Shown: positions 1 to 11,725 of the stretch, in pieces
Layout of the letters: each line of letters begins with the position of its first letter
How positions within the stretch are numbered: position 1 is the first letter of the stretch
NCBI GenBank assembly: GCA_946965045.2
Contig: OX337241.1
Span: 2,480,001-2,544,000, forward strand
DNA length: 64,000 nt
Reading direction: 5' to 3'
From: Epithemia pelagica
Taxonomy: Eukaryota; Protista; Bacillariophyta
The notes under the pieces: model-generated
The model's database searches: none
Seen by the model: the letters and a program-made list of their open reading frames with translations, nothing else
What the model was told of the DNA's origin: nothing
Program-made: the position numbers and the translations under genes

Positions 1-487
1 TGTCCCTACGAAGTTAGAATCACTGTAGAAAAAACAGTGGGGGTATGAAAAGCACGGGCCACTACGGTTACCCATATCGATTGATGGAGCTCGTACATAT
101 GTATATTTATAGTGCCCTTGAAGTCCTGTGATGCGGATGGGGCCTCTCTTGGCGTCCAAAAAGCCCCACAAATGCCCTGATGGACACGACACCCAACCGA
201 AACAAAAAATCAATGAATGAGATCCTCCCCAGAATTTTGTCGCGCAAATCGCAATAGACAACCAGCAAACGAGGTTCAGAGGAAATCCATCTTCCCCTCT
301 CTGGGTGGTAAGGACACACAGCAAAGATACACCAAAAGGTTGTGAGGATTGGTGGTGGTGGTCGTCTCTGGAAACAAAAACGAGTTGTTGCATTCATTCC
401 CCACAACGCGCTCGATCGAGATTCTGAGAACCGAACTCACAGTTACACGGAAATCTTTTTTCGCCAAGACGAGAGCCGATCGACACG

Positions 488-2500
488 ATGGCAGACGCTT
501 TGAGGATGAAAGCCAAGAAACGAAACACGAAAACAAAAACAGCAGCAGCACCATCACGTCTCAACGGCCACCAGGAAAAGGAATGTCATTTGCACCAGGA
601 GACTGATTCCAACCAAAACCCCTCAAGTCTCGGTCCGAACCTCAAGAGCCATGTGCCCTGCCAACAACAACAACAAGAAGAAGAACATGGAGACAACCAC
701 AACCACAAGCGCAGCGAGTATTATCGCGTCCTCCTTCCCAAAAATCCCAGTGGATGTACCTTTTATTTTTACGAAACGCCCGAGGGTACGGCCGCCTTTC
801 GCAAATTTGATTGCTTGGCCGATGGATCGCCGTGTGCATCGATTGGCTTGATTCGACACAGGGGCGATGTCTTTTGTCAAGTTCATGACACGTGTTTGCA
901 GTCCTTGACGTACCAACAAGCCCGTCGTGTCTTGAAACGATGTTTTCGTCAACACCTGGTCGTTCCCTTGGTCATGCGCGATTGTACCTTCCAGCGTAAC
1001 ACTACACGGTCCGAACCGACAACCATAACAACGACACTTCCGACAACACTCGTAGCATCTGGTTTGGATCGGAACACTGGAAACACCCAGCCAGCAACGA
1101 GGGTGCCTTGCTCCTCCACCAAACCACACCCCCCAATGACCCGCCAAAGACCACAACAACAACAACTAGTACCAGTCAAGGTCCAACAAACCCAATCTGC
1201 TACCAATTCGTCGGCAGCCCCCAATCATTCTACTACTACTACTTCATCACCATCCTCCTCCCAACAACGACCACCAATCCTCCGAGACGACGACAACAAC
1301 AACAAGACTCGGGATGATAGGGATCATCAAAATCATGAAACTAATCATACCGACAACCAACAACAGCAGCAGCAACAACAACAAAGATTGGAAACCATGA
1401 AACGATTGGAAGCACAATTGCGTCAGATTCGACTCCGGACCAAATCCAGGGCGGCTGCCCTGTACGCCGCACGCCGTCGCAAGGACAAACTACTAGGAGT
1501 ACTAGGACAAGAGCCGTTTGTCGATCGTTCATTTTCTTCGTGGACCGACGATACCACCGAGTGGTCGTCCTTTCTCACCGAACAAGAAGAAGAAGAACAA
1601 GAAGACAATGACAACGACGACAACGAGGATCCTGTTGGGCATGGCTCCTCCTCCATGTACAGAGACAACAATGTCTTGCTGCTGGGAGATGAAACCGTTT
1701 CGGTATCATCCTTATCCTTGCCGCTCTTGGACCAAGCCTTGAGTTTGACTCAAAATGTAGTCACCTTGTTGTTGGATCGGGAAGACGATGACAATCATTG
1801 TACTGCTCATGACGACAAAGATGATGACGACGACCAGTATTGTCACACATACCTCCCGGACCATCATCAGCATACGACAAAAAAGAGGATTAACAAGACA
1901 ATGGGCCGAGTGATATCCTCCCATCCACCCACGTGTATAGTGTTGGACGAAGCCTTGGATTTGACCAAGAGTCTGTGCGCTGTCTTGAACCAAGACGATA
2001 AGGATTTAAAAGAGACCATGGATACCATGTCCGTGCTCATGGATCAAACTTCGGATTGGAATTGCCCACCCGATGCGGCGGCCCATCCGTCCAACAACAG
2101 CACAAGAACCACGAATCCCACAAAAAAGCGAACCGGTTCGAAACAAGAAGGAGGAGAAACCCCGGCGTCGTCGTCGGCGTCGTCATCCTCCTCCTCGTCC
2201 GCATTGTCCCAAGACACGACCACCACCATCACGTCGACTGGGCATGACGACGACGATGACGAGGATGACGATCCAGATCATACCGGCTGTAGAAAAAATC
2301 GCCCTAGAAGGAACAGCCGCAATCGGCATGAGGGTACCAAGACACGTGCCTACCAAGAATTGTTGAATCACGTCTTGGCTTTGAAAACGGCCGTGGCACA
2401 ATTGGAACAAACCATTTTCCTTCAAAAAGAACCATCACCACCATCATCACTCACCGCAAACATCACCACAACAACGACAATTAGTTCTACGACTCCATGA
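488..2500 (+). CDS. Hypothetical low-complexity protein with a PDZ-like domain near the N-terminus
   Basis: 670-aa ATG ORF. The segment RVLLPKNPSG...LADGSPCASIGLIRHRGDVFCQVHDTCLQSLTYQQARRVL (about 720-990) follows the PDZ pattern (GD-x-I-x-x-V-N-like). The rest is Q/T/S/D-rich with a short coiled coil. Confidence 0.55.
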   Translation: MADALRMKAKKRNTKTKTAAAPSRLNGHQEKECHLHQETDSNQNPSSLGPNLKSHVPCQQQQQEEEHGDNHNHKRSEYYRVLLPKNPSGCTFYFYETPEGTAAFRKFDCLADGSPCASIGLIRHRGDVFCQVHDTCLQSLTYQQARRVLKRCFRQHLVVPLVMRDCTFQRNTTRSEPTTITTTLPTTLVASGLDRNTGNTQPATRVPCSSTKPHPPMTRQRPQQQQLVPVKVQQTQSATNSSAAPNHSTTTTSSPSSSQQRPPILRDDDNNNKTRDDRDHQNHETNHTDNQQQQQQQQQRLETMKRLEAQLRQIRLRTKSRAAALYAARRRKDKLLGVLGQEPFVDRSFSSWTDDTTEWSSFLTEQEEEEQEDNDNDDNEDPVGHGSSSMYRDNNVLLLGDETVSVSSLSLPLLDQALSLTQNVVTLLLDREDDDNHCTAHDDKDDDDDQYCHTYLPDHHQHTTKKRINKTMGRVISSHPPTCIVLDEALDLTKSLCAVLNQDDKDLKETMDTMSVLMDQTSDWNCPPDAAAHPSNNSTRTTNPTKKRTGSKQEGGETPASSSASSSSSSSALSQDTTTTITSTGHDDDDDEDDDPDHTGCRKNRPRRNSRNRHEGTKTRAYQELLNHVLALKTAVAQLEQTIFLQKEPSPPSSLTANITTTTTISSTTP

Positions 2501-3419
2501 GTCACCACTGAACTGATCACGGTTCACTAGAGCGTCCTTGAAATGGCCTTGTCGTCCCACACATGAAGGACAAGGACGGAAACGCTTCAATACATGAAAA
2601 ACTCTTGGTCGTACAATTGCTGAAATATTCGACTTTGTGATCGAATTGAGCATGGGTTTTGGAAGAGTTGGAATGGATGGAGAGATGGATTGCCAGATTT
2701 TGTGTATTGCCTCCTTCGTCACCAACAAAAGGGCCCCGGGTATCTATTCATTCATTCGTACTCTTGGAGATTGTCACCCCCATAGCACAGTGTTGTGGTC
2801 TCCAGAAAAAAATATGTCCAGTCAGATACAGGACGAAACTACTACTAGAGTGAATGCCACTCGAGAGAGAACCATGCCAACCACTCGAGAGAGCCATGCC
2901 AATTTCGTAAACCTTGGTGACATCCATCCGACAGAGTCAGACAAGCCTGACCGCCGTCAAACAGTCTGCTTCAATTTCTGCTCTGGCTATACTTGACGTT
3001 TGTGATTATGTGATTGCGGTTGACATCAACTGGCCATCCTGTTTATCGAAGCTGCTCGGGCTGGACCAATTCATTTTAGATTTAGTCTACGAGTACGAGT
3101 AGCTATCTTTTCTTCCGAGTTCATGCCATTGCAGTGTACACTCTTGGAAATTCAATGCATATTCTCTTTTGTGTTCAATGGGCGTTATATCGAAGACTGT
3201 ACACTATAGAAAAATCAGTGCGTTTCATCTTCCGAATTCGATCATCCACTTCTAGTAGTGTACACACTTGAAAATTGTATAAGAATTGTCTTCCGAATTC
3301 ATCCCAGAAACACTACGTTTCTCACTTTTTGATTTGCAAAGCGCTCGGATCGTTTGCTCTCACAAAACCAAAATCATACAAACCAGCAACCAAAATCATA
3401 CAAAAACCAGACAACAAGC

Positions 3420-4460
3420 ATGAAAGCTTTTGCCGTTACCGAATAAAACGCTGTCGGAGACTTGTCTGCACTCAAACAAGTCGAAATGGACAAGCCTTCT
3501 TCTCCTACAGGACATGATCTCCTTATCCGTGTCAAAGCGGTCGCGACAAATCCCATTGACTACAAACGATTGGGAAATCTCGGAAAACACACAGAGGCCT
3601 TTGAAGGAACCGAACCACTTGTCGTGGGATGGGATGCCGCTGGAATTGTCGAACAAGTGGGAGATGAAACTTCCTTATTCCAGGTGGGTGATGAGGTCAT
3701 GTTTGCTGGCGACTTTTTTCGTTCGGGTGCATTTGCCGAAAATGTCTTGGTCGATGAACGCATCGTCGGTCCCAAGCCAGCCAACCTATCATGGAGTCAA
3801 GCTGCCTCCGAGCCTCTCACCTCCTTGACCGCGTGGGAAGCCATTTACGACCAACTCAAGGTTTCTCCCAACAAGCAAGACAATACGGGTAAAACCATTC
3901 TCATTACTGGAGGAGCCGGTGGAGTGGCCACAGCGGCCATTGCTTTGGCCTCCAAAGTCTTGGGACTCACTGTGATTGCCACAGCCTCGCGCGACGAATC
4001 TCGAGACTTTGTCCGTCTAATGGGAGCACATCATGTCATTAATCACCGTGAAAACCTGACACGTCAAATCCAGGAGGAGCTTGGAATTGAAGCCGTTGAC
4101 TATATTTTGCACACGGTGGATTTAACGGGAGATCTCTTTACTGAATTTGTCGGTCTCATCAAACCCTTTGGAGGCATTTGTAGTATTTGGCCTTCGGCCA
4201 CGGTCGATTTGTTTCAACTCTTTTGGAAGTCGGTCAATTTTTCGGCCGTCCTCATGTTCACCCGTCCAGGTCTCAAGAACCAAGAGTCGAAGCGGCAACA
4301 TGATATTTTGACACAACTGTGCCAGTTGTTGGAGGATGGAACCCTGCCCACGCGTCAAACCAATTGCATGGAGTTGACTGCCGACAATTTGCACACGGCG
4401 TTAGAGATGCAAGCCTCTGGCAAATCCGTCGGCAAGATGGCGCTGTATTTCGAGGAGTAG
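3420..4460 (+). pseudogene. Zinc-type alcohol dehydrogenase-like / quinone oxidoreductase (MDR superfamily) with an in-frame TAA at codon 9
   Basis: Motifs VKAVATNPIDYK, VVGWDAAGIV, GDEV, ILITGGAGGV (NAD(P)-binding) and C-terminal GKSVGK. The natural start MKAFAVTE at ATG 3420 is in frame with the 3462 ORF but interrupted by TAA at 3444-3446. Intronless. Confidence 0.85.
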
Positions 4461-5961
4461 ATCTAGCGTAGCCAAAGCAACAGATTCGCAGTACTAATAG
4501 AACAAGTCACAATATTCGAATACAATGTCATGTTCTTCTCTTTTGTTTCTGGTGAAATTCACTTTTGATTCGGCTGTTACGGACATGAGGTTCAGATCAT
4601 TGGGAGAAGTTAATTAAAGGAATCGCTGGTACCACGCATCTCTCTTGTTCTGATTTCATGGTATACCTGACACATGATGCGATCAAAAAAATCATTGATA
4701 CAAAAAAGGTTGCAGGCGGGGCTTTGGATCCAGTTTGGTGTGTGTGGATAGCGGCCTCTCTCTGTACACCAGGGACGAGTCTCAGCCATCCAATCGCATC
4801 AGCCGTGACAACAACCATGAGGCTTCTTCCACCACAAAGACACACATGTCTACCAGCAGCTCTTGAATCGTGTCCTGGTTCTCTCATGATGAAGTATAGC
4901 AATAGTATTGTAGTTGTTGTTGTGGTAGTTTTAACTCCTCAGGGCCGGTCAAAGGAGAAGAACGGACATCCCATCGCCCCAAAGAGGATGGGTGTGTTTC
5001 CCAATCCCAGGACCACTGTGCCTTTCTACGTAGAGAGAGACTAAGCTAGAGGAGACTAAATCGAGAGCCTCTTGGGTAACAGGTAGACTTTTCCATGGCA
5101 TAGGTACTGCATTCCCCCAAAATTTGGTCTCGGAAAATTTTCCAAGACTTGTGCCCGATTGTACTCCGACTGGAAATGGTGTAGAGTTTCCCGTAGCATT
5201 CGTTTGACGGGACTTGTGGGCCATAGACCATTTTGGTCGCGCGACTCCCAAATTTGTCTATGCCCCTACTCGCGCAACCATCTTCCCTCTTCCCACAGCG
5301 CGATGTACGAGTAGTGACCCCCAAAACTCCCATGGTCGTCTCTGCGCCCCTCCATTACAACCACAGACTATCCGACAATTCGGTTTGTGAATTGTCTGGT
5401 TGATCCGTCAAACTGGGTGTATTCTATCCATATATACATTCATCAATCTTAGAAGACCATTGTTGTGGCGATACCAAAAGGGGTTTTGTGGCGCCATTGC
5501 GAAACAGTGGAGACCAGTTTTCCAAGCGCGAGTAATCACCAGTTCCAACCAATCAATCAACAAATCACACGGCTTTGACAGCGTGTGTGTGTGTTTGTAT
5601 CTCCTCTTTGTTTGGTGCAAGGCTGTTCTATTCCTTGCTAGAGTCTATTGAAAGAGAGAAAGATAGTGGCAAGGTTGGTGGAATCCAGAGCGAATAAACC
5701 AACCAAAGAACCAACGATTGATTCATTAATTGATTCACATTGATCCATTCAATCATTCATACAGCTGGGGGTGAACTCACAACGACGACGACAGCGACAA
5801 CTACAACTACAACGACTGATTGTCTGTCACATTCCAACGATTCAGCAATTGGCATTGAATCATTATCATCCCCCTCTCACAAACTACGAAACACAAAAAC
5901 GCAATTGCACGGTCCAAAGAGAACAAGTGACGACGACGACCACCACAAGAACAGTCGTAGT

Positions 5962-7500
5962 ATGAATCCACCACCCTTTCCCAATCAAAGCAGTAGTGCG
6001 GCATGGTCGTTTGCGGCCATTGTACCACAACCACAAGAGCAACCACAGCCAGTGGCGAGAGCAGCCGCACCACGGGAAGCATCGGAACCCCGTACGGCCG
6101 CACCCTTGGTTGTGGAGGAAGAAGATTACGACGACTACAACCATACTACAAGCACCACGACTACAACTTACCATCCGGCAACGGACGACACGGCAGGCAA
6201 TGTGGAGGGACCACCTCGAAAACGACGAGCCTTGCAACCCGATTCGGCAACCGCAGTAGCAGTCTCCAGCCAAGTGCCATCCATTAGCACTGCTGCGGCA
6301 GCAACCAAAGACAGCCACAGTGCCCAATCGACTGCTGCTGCTACTGCTGTGAGTAGTAGTAGTACGAGTGCAGATGCCAGTGTTTCCACGACCAGCACTC
6401 ATGCCAAATCCACGACGACCAACAACAACACAAACAACAAGTCTGCCCCGATCGGTGCTGCTTCCACGGACGACAAGGACAAAAATGCCACTACTACCAC
6501 AGATGTCGATGATACACACACCAGTCAAGATTATTACTTTGATTCCTATGCTCATCATGCCATTCATGAAGAAATGCTCAAGGACCATGTCCGAACACAA
6601 ACCTACCAAACGGCCATTACGCAAAATGCCCACTTGTTTCGCGACAAGGTCGTTTTGGATGTCGGCTGTGGGACAGCCATTTTGTCCCTCTTTTGTGCCC
6701 AAGTCGGCGCCAAACATGTCTATGCCGTTGATTGTTCCAGTATTGTCCAACAAGCCCAAAAAATTGTCACTCGCAATGGCTATCAGGACCAAATCACCCT
6801 CATTCAAGGCAAGGTCGAAGAGATTGAATTGCCTGTGGATCATGTCGACATTATCGTGTCAGAATGGATGGGCTACTTTTTACTCTACGAATCCATGTTG
6901 GATACCGTCTTGTACGCGCGTGACAAGTGGCTCGTCCAGGATGGGACGGGTATTATCTTCCCCGACAAGGCTGTCATGTACATGTCGGCCATGGAAGATG
7001 AAACGGTCCGACGAGAACGCATTGATTTTTGGGACGATGTCTATGGATTTGACATGAGTCCCATCAAGGAAGTGGCCTTGCGGGAGCCGGTTGTGGATGT
7101 GGTGGATCCCAAAGCCTTGGTCACGGACGCCGTGCCCATTTTGCATTTGGATATTTTGACCTGTACCAAGGCCGATTTGACCTTTTGTACCGATTTTAAA
7201 TTGCAGGCTCGTCGGAACGATTACATTCACGGGTTGGTGGCCTACTTTGAATGTGCCTTTACGCAAATCCACAAACCGATTGGCTTTAGTACGGCTCCCT
7301 TTTGTCGCTACACGCATTGGAAACAAACCATGTTTTATGTTCCCGATACCTTGACCATTTGTGCCGGAGAAACTTTGCAGGGACAAATTTCCTGTCAACC
7401 CAATCCTCGCAACAAACGAGATTTGGATATTAGTATTGCCTACCAATTTGAAGGGAAACATTCCAAGATTGATTCGACGGTACACTATCGATTGCGGTAA
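5962..7500 (+). CDS. PRMT1: Protein arginine N-methyltransferase 1 (type I PRMT)
   Basis: YYFDSYAH..IHEEMLKD.VRT, VLDVGCGTAILS (motif I), DIIVSEWMGYFLLYESM (double-E loop) and THW loop (YTHWKQT). First ATG at 5962; long S/T/A-rich N-terminal extension. Confidence 0.95.
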   Translation: MNPPPFPNQSSSAAWSFAAIVPQPQEQPQPVARAAAPREASEPRTAAPLVVEEEDYDDYNHTTSTTTTTYHPATDDTAGNVEGPPRKRRALQPDSATAVAVSSQVPSISTAAAATKDSHSAQSTAAATAVSSSSTSADASVSTTSTHAKSTTTNNNTNNKSAPIGAASTDDKDKNATTTTDVDDTHTSQDYYFDSYAHHAIHEEMLKDHVRTQTYQTAITQNAHLFRDKVVLDVGCGTAILSLFCAQVGAKHVYAVDCSSIVQQAQKIVTRNGYQDQITLIQGKVEEIELPVDHVDIIVSEWMGYFLLYESMLDTVLYARDKWLVQDGTGIIFPDKAVMYMSAMEDETVRRERIDFWDDVYGFDMSPIKEVALREPVVDVVDPKALVTDAVPILHLDILTCTKADLTFCTDFKLQARRNDYIHGLVAYFECAFTQIHKPIGFSTAPFCRYTHWKQTMFYVPDTLTICAGETLQGQISCQPNPRNKRDLDISIAYQFEGKHSKIDSTVHYRLR

Positions 7501-7849
7501 CGACAAAGGGCCACAGAAAAGGAGAGGGTTCACAACGACGAGAGGTTTATTGTACTTTGGATAATGCAGCATACAACAACAGATGAGGAACGACGCTGCG
7601 ACAAAGAAGCTGAAATCATCAGAAGTGTGGGAATCTGACATGGTTCGGCGCAAGAAAAAAAGCTATGTGAATACTGTAGGATACGAATAGATTGTTGCTC
7701 AAGTTAAAAGATATATAAGAAAATTTTCGAACTCAACAAAATCAACTGGTTTGCTTCTACTTCTCTACTGATGTATATTTCTAAATGGTTTGTACAGACA
7801 TATCGCACAATGAATGTGTCCTCACCCAGCCAGCGAGGACACGGTTTCG

Positions 7850-10800
7850 CTACGGAGTCTCATCACCCAATTGTTCGTGCAGGGTCGGCAAGCCCGATCG
7901 ACCATAGCGTCCACTTCCTCCATGTTCCGTTCCTCGTCTGTCGCCGTCCAGCCCTCCACTACCATCGCCAGGATCCGATCCAAAGCTGACACCACTGTAG
8001 TCTAATCGTACGGCGGTATCAGCATTGGTACTGTGGTCGTCGTCGTGATAGGACGGGGGAGCGGAAACGGAATGATGGGGAGGAGCATGATGGTGTTGAT
8101 GGAAGGGATGATGATGGTGATCATCAAACGAAAAGTCGTCGGTGCTATCAATGGAAAGAGTCGAGGCAAACGACGACGTAAACCGCCCACTGTCTGCGGC
8201 GGCCGCCACGGCCGCAGCGGCAGCTGCAGTCGAAGTGGGCGTTGTGGAAGCCGTAGGAGCATGTCCATACGTGTGAGCCCGATGACGGTGCGAATAGGAA
8301 GATTCACCCATGTGAGTATGATGATACGAATGGCCGGGCACAAAAAAGGTGGAGGCTCGTCGCAAGGTTCGTGCCAGGGGTTGCCACCGTTGGCGGGCCA
8401 CAAAGGTCACATTGCTCCACGAATGTCCCGATCGTCGTCGACGTTGTCGTTGAGCCGCCGCCTGACGCAACAAGGTTTCCTTGTAGGCGGCCAATTCCAA
8501 TTTGCTTTGAATCCGTCCCAATTTCCGTCGAGCATGTTCAATCAAGTCATCCTTGGACAAGACACCAGTACCATCCACATCGAGACGGGCAAAATGTTGT
8601 CGCATTTCTTCAATAAAATCGTGGTCCACCTTATCCATGGCCACCAACATGAATTCCAAAAATTCGGCTCGCGACACCTTGCCATCGCCATCGGCATCCA
8701 TAATTTCCAAATCTTGCAAAGACATGTCTCGGGCCGCAAATCGTCGTCGGACTTTGAGGGCTCGTGATTCCATAATGGCTTCGGCCACACTGGACAAAAA
8801 GTGTCCCATGGCACCCACAGCCATGGGAATAAAGAAAATGGCCAAGATGCGTCCTCGTTCGGATTCCGGACTGTAATCGCCGTATCCGACCGTCGTTGCC
8901 GTGACAATGGTAAAGTAAAAGGCATCAAAGAAATCGGCCTCGCCATTGGTATTCATACCCACACCGGAATCGTTGGCCATGCAAAAGGCAAAAATGGTCA
9001 AGAGCATGAGAATCATGAGAAAATGCAACAAGAGTCGCCACAAAATGGCCGACCCTTGACTGGAGGAATGGACCTTTTGTTCTTCGGCAATTTGTTGGGC
9101 AAACAATTCTTGTTCCACCTCCTGTTCATGTGCATCCTCCTCCACTACGTCGTGTTGATGATCCTCTTCCTGCTGGTCTGTGGTTTTGGGTGTTGGTGTT
9201 GATGATGATTGTTGTTGTTGTGTTTTTGGTTGCGAGGCGGAAAAGAGACTGAGCAATCGTTTCTTGGCCATGGTACTGGTTCGTTCGACGGCAGCTTCTT
9301 CGGCTTCCACCATGTGATTGCCCAGGACGCCCAAGACAATGCCCAAGACACAAACGCCGGCCAAGGCATACAAACAGGTAAAGACACGACCGGCGGCCGA
9401 TTGGGGCACCAAATCGCCATAGCCCACCGTCGTGCAGGTCACAACGGCAAAGTACATGGCATCGACCAAACTCCAATGATCCAACCAAAAGGAAAAGGCG
9501 ACCACACTCATGGCCAGGAACCAACCAAACAGACACAAACATTGGACTGTACTAAATTCCAAACCACTGCGAAGGGATTCTTGCGCTTGCGTGCGTTTGG
9601 CCAAGCTGGACAAACTGTCACTCTTGTGGTGGTGCGGGTCCAGCATCCAATGGGAGGTGGTCGTACTCCTCCGGGCGTCGGATGGAGTCAAAAAGAAGGA
9701 GGAGGAGCTTGGATATCGAGTCTTGTCGTCCTGGATACTACTACTCGTACGGTGGTGGTTGGTCGGGTTATTGTTGCTCAATCCTGAATACCGTCGTTGC
9801 AACAACAAATCACCGGATCGAACCTTTTGTTGAATTGATTTCCATGCACAATGCGCTCGTTCACTCGTCTTTTGATGCGATTGCGCATCGGCCAAGAGAG
9901 AGGACAATTCGTCTTCGTCCAAATCCGGATGAGGATGATCGTTGTCGTCGTCATGGTCAGGGTGGCGATGATCCACAAGATCATGATCCTTCTCTGATGG
10001 TCCCCCCCGCTCGGGATCGTGCGCCTGGTGGTGATGGTTGCTGTTTGTAGTGTTGTGATTGGGTAATGGTGACTCTGGATTGGACGGACTGGCATGGTGG
10101 GCACTGGAATTCGTAGTAGGATGGGCTGCCGAGAGCTGTAACAAGAGGGGCGTCGTTTCGGTGGTAGTTTGTGAATCCCCTCGTGGTTGGGTTCCAGTAA
10201 GAGTGTCGTCCTCGTCCTCCGAGTCACTACTACTACTACTATTGGACAAGGACACGGAGGGCGATGCCTGTTGTTTCCAAATGCCCAAAATGGAATCGAC
10301 CAGAGATCGCGTCGGACGATGAAGTCGACGCTTGGTGTTGTTCTTGTTGTTGTTGCTGGTGGTGCGTTGCTTGGTGTTGTTGTTGTTGTTGTTGGCTGGG
10401 TGTGAACCAGCCGAACTGGTAGCCACCGGTGCAGTAGCATTCGTTGTTGTTGTGGTTGCAGCAGGTAGAATCGCTGCCACCATTGTAGAAGAAGGAACAA
10501 TCGTGGTGGAGTGAAACGATGCACTGTCTCGAGGAGAGGTGGAGGAGCGGTGGTTCGTGGTAGTAGTAGTAGTAGGACTGGATGCATGGGTGACGGACAA
10601 GGAGGGCATGGAAGGTCCCCCCTTGTGGTGGTGGTTCGTGGTGGTTGTTTCTTCCGGTGGTGCATTGCTTTCTTCCTTGTCTTGTTCCTTGTGGCGAAAT
10701 CGTCGTGGACCACTCATTGGGGAAGGGACAAAGACATGAGTCAAGGGACTCTGCACCATGCGTCTGCGACGAGTGCGACGAGGTGTTGTACTGCTGTTGC

Positions 10801-11725
10801 TGTGGTTGGTGGTGTTGTCATTGCTCCTACGACTTGCCTGGTGGGGTGTCGAGGCCATTGTTTTTTGGGCCGGAGGAGGTGGTGTGGTCCATGCACAAGC
10901 AGTTGGAGAAGGGGAAGTGGGAGGAAGCGACGGTGGTGGAGGCGGCGGTGGAGGTGCTCCAGAAGGGTGCCCCCGAGAAGCATTCTTTGGCAGGGCCGGA
11001 TCTTCCTCTTCCTCCTCGTCATCCACGAGCAGTACCAACGAATCCGTATCGGCCGGTTGTGACTGGTCCGGTACATCCTTGCCCATCAAAGACGACGACG
11101 AAGAAGACGTGACTGGTTTCGTTTCGTGCTCGTCGGGCACCTTTTTCTCCTCGTCCTGTTTGTGGTGGAACGAAGAAATACCTCGCGTCCACGGTCGGTG
11201 TCGAAAGGGTGGCAACCGAGGCAAGGGAGAGGGGGGAGGCGATGTCGGAGACGACGCAGAGGACGACGATGTGGAAGACAGGGGGGCCGTCGAGGTGGGA
11301 GAAAGGGCGGACGACGATGGCTTGCTGCTGCTCGGTGCATTGTGGAGCGGTGGTGGTACTATTGCTGCTGCTGCTTGGCGGCGCCGGCGGCTCGGAGACA
11401 CCCCGGTTGGAGCGGGAGGAGGAGGAGGAGGCGAAGAAGCTTGGGAAGATGATGGTTCCTGGACAATCATGGTGGGTGCTTCTTGGTTTTGTGGGTGGTT
11501 ATAGGTGCGCCTTGTTGTCGTTTCCCAAAAAATGAATGCAAGGAGAAGGATATTGGAAGCAATCCAGGAACCGAGAAATTGGGAATCAACGTTTCTATAC
11601 GAGATGCCCCCCGACACTAGAACGTCGATAAAAGGAAGCGCGAATGAGAAACACAGACACACACAAGTGCAATGCCAAACCCGAAATGCGAAACAAAAAG
11701 CGATTGTTTGTTGACGATGCGCCAA
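7850..11725 (-). CDS. Two-pore (tandem-pore) K+ channel, TPK/KCO type, with EF-hands
   Basis: Two pore loops (TTVGYGD twice), four TM helices and EF-hand loops DADGDGKVSRAE and DVDGTGVLSKDD. Very long disordered N-terminus. The 5' end is uncertain: the ORF starts at TTG, and a possible upstream exon (11990-11820) could splice to an acceptor at 11617. Confidence 0.9.
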   Translation of the reverse strand: MAHRQQTIAFCFAFRVWHCTCVCLCFSFALPFIDVLVSGGISYRNVDSQFLGSWIASNILLLAFIFWETTTRRTYNHPQNQEAPTMIVQEPSSSQASSPPPPPPAPTGVSPSRRRRQAAAAIVPPPLHNAPSSSKPSSSALSPTSTAPLSSTSSSSASSPTSPPPSPLPRLPPFRHRPWTRGISSFHHKQDEEKKVPDEHETKPVTSSSSSSLMGKDVPDQSQPADTDSLVLLVDDEEEEEDPALPKNASRGHPSGAPPPPPPPPSLPPTSPSPTACAWTTPPPPAQKTMASTPHQASRRSNDNTTNHSNSSTTPRRTRRRRMVQSPLTHVFVPSPMSGPRRFRHKEQDKEESNAPPEETTTTNHHHKGGPSMPSLSVTHASSPTTTTTTNHRSSTSPRDSASFHSTTIVPSSTMVAAILPAATTTTTNATAPVATSSAGSHPANNNNNNTKQRTTSNNNKNNTKRRLHRPTRSLVDSILGIWKQQASPSVSLSNSSSSSDSEDEDDTLTGTQPRGDSQTTTETTPLLLQLSAAHPTTNSSAHHASPSNPESPLPNHNTTNSNHHHQAHDPERGGPSEKDHDLVDHRHPDHDDDNDHPHPDLDEDELSSLLADAQSHQKTSERAHCAWKSIQQKVRSGDLLLQRRYSGLSNNNPTNHHRTSSSIQDDKTRYPSSSSFFLTPSDARRSTTTSHWMLDPHHHKSDSLSSLAKRTQAQESLRSGLEFSTVQCLCLFGWFLAMSVVAFSFWLDHWSLVDAMYFAVVTCTTVGYGDLVPQSAAGRVFTCLYALAGVCVLGIVLGVLGNHMVEAEEAAVERTSTMAKKRLLSLFSASQPKTQQQQSSSTPTPKTTDQQEEDHQHDVVEEDAHEQEVEQELFAQQIAEEQKVHSSSQGSAILWRLLLHFLMILMLLTIFAFCMANDSGVGMNTNGEADFFDAFYFTIVTATTVGYGDYSPESERGRILAIFFIPMAVGAMGHFLSSVAEAIMESRALKVRRRFAARDMSLQDLEIMDADGDGKVSRAEFLEFMLVAMDKVDHDFIEEMRQHFARLDVDGTGVLSKDDLIEHARRKLGRIQSKLELAAYKETLLRQAAAQRQRRRRSGHSWSNVTFVARQRWQPLARTLRRASTFFVPGHSYHHTHMGESSYSHRHRAHTYGHAPTASTTPTSTAAAAAAVAAAADSGRFTSSFASTLSIDSTDDFSFDDHHHHPFHQHHHAPPHHSVSAPPSYHDDDHSTNADTAVRLDYSGVSFGSDPGDGSGGLDGDRRGTEHGGSGRYGRSGLPTLHEQLGDETP

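Noticed and set aside
2860-3420. Short local duplications (ccactcgagagag, tcttccgaattc, ccaaaatcatacaaa)
   Set aside because: Degenerate two- to three-copy repeats without termini or regular spacing; ordinary intergenic slippage.
8002-11535. Many overlapping ORFs of 100-300 aa opposite or within the K+ channel gene (and likewise within other large CDSs)
   Set aside because: Shadow ORFs arising from stop-poor, low-complexity coding sequence.
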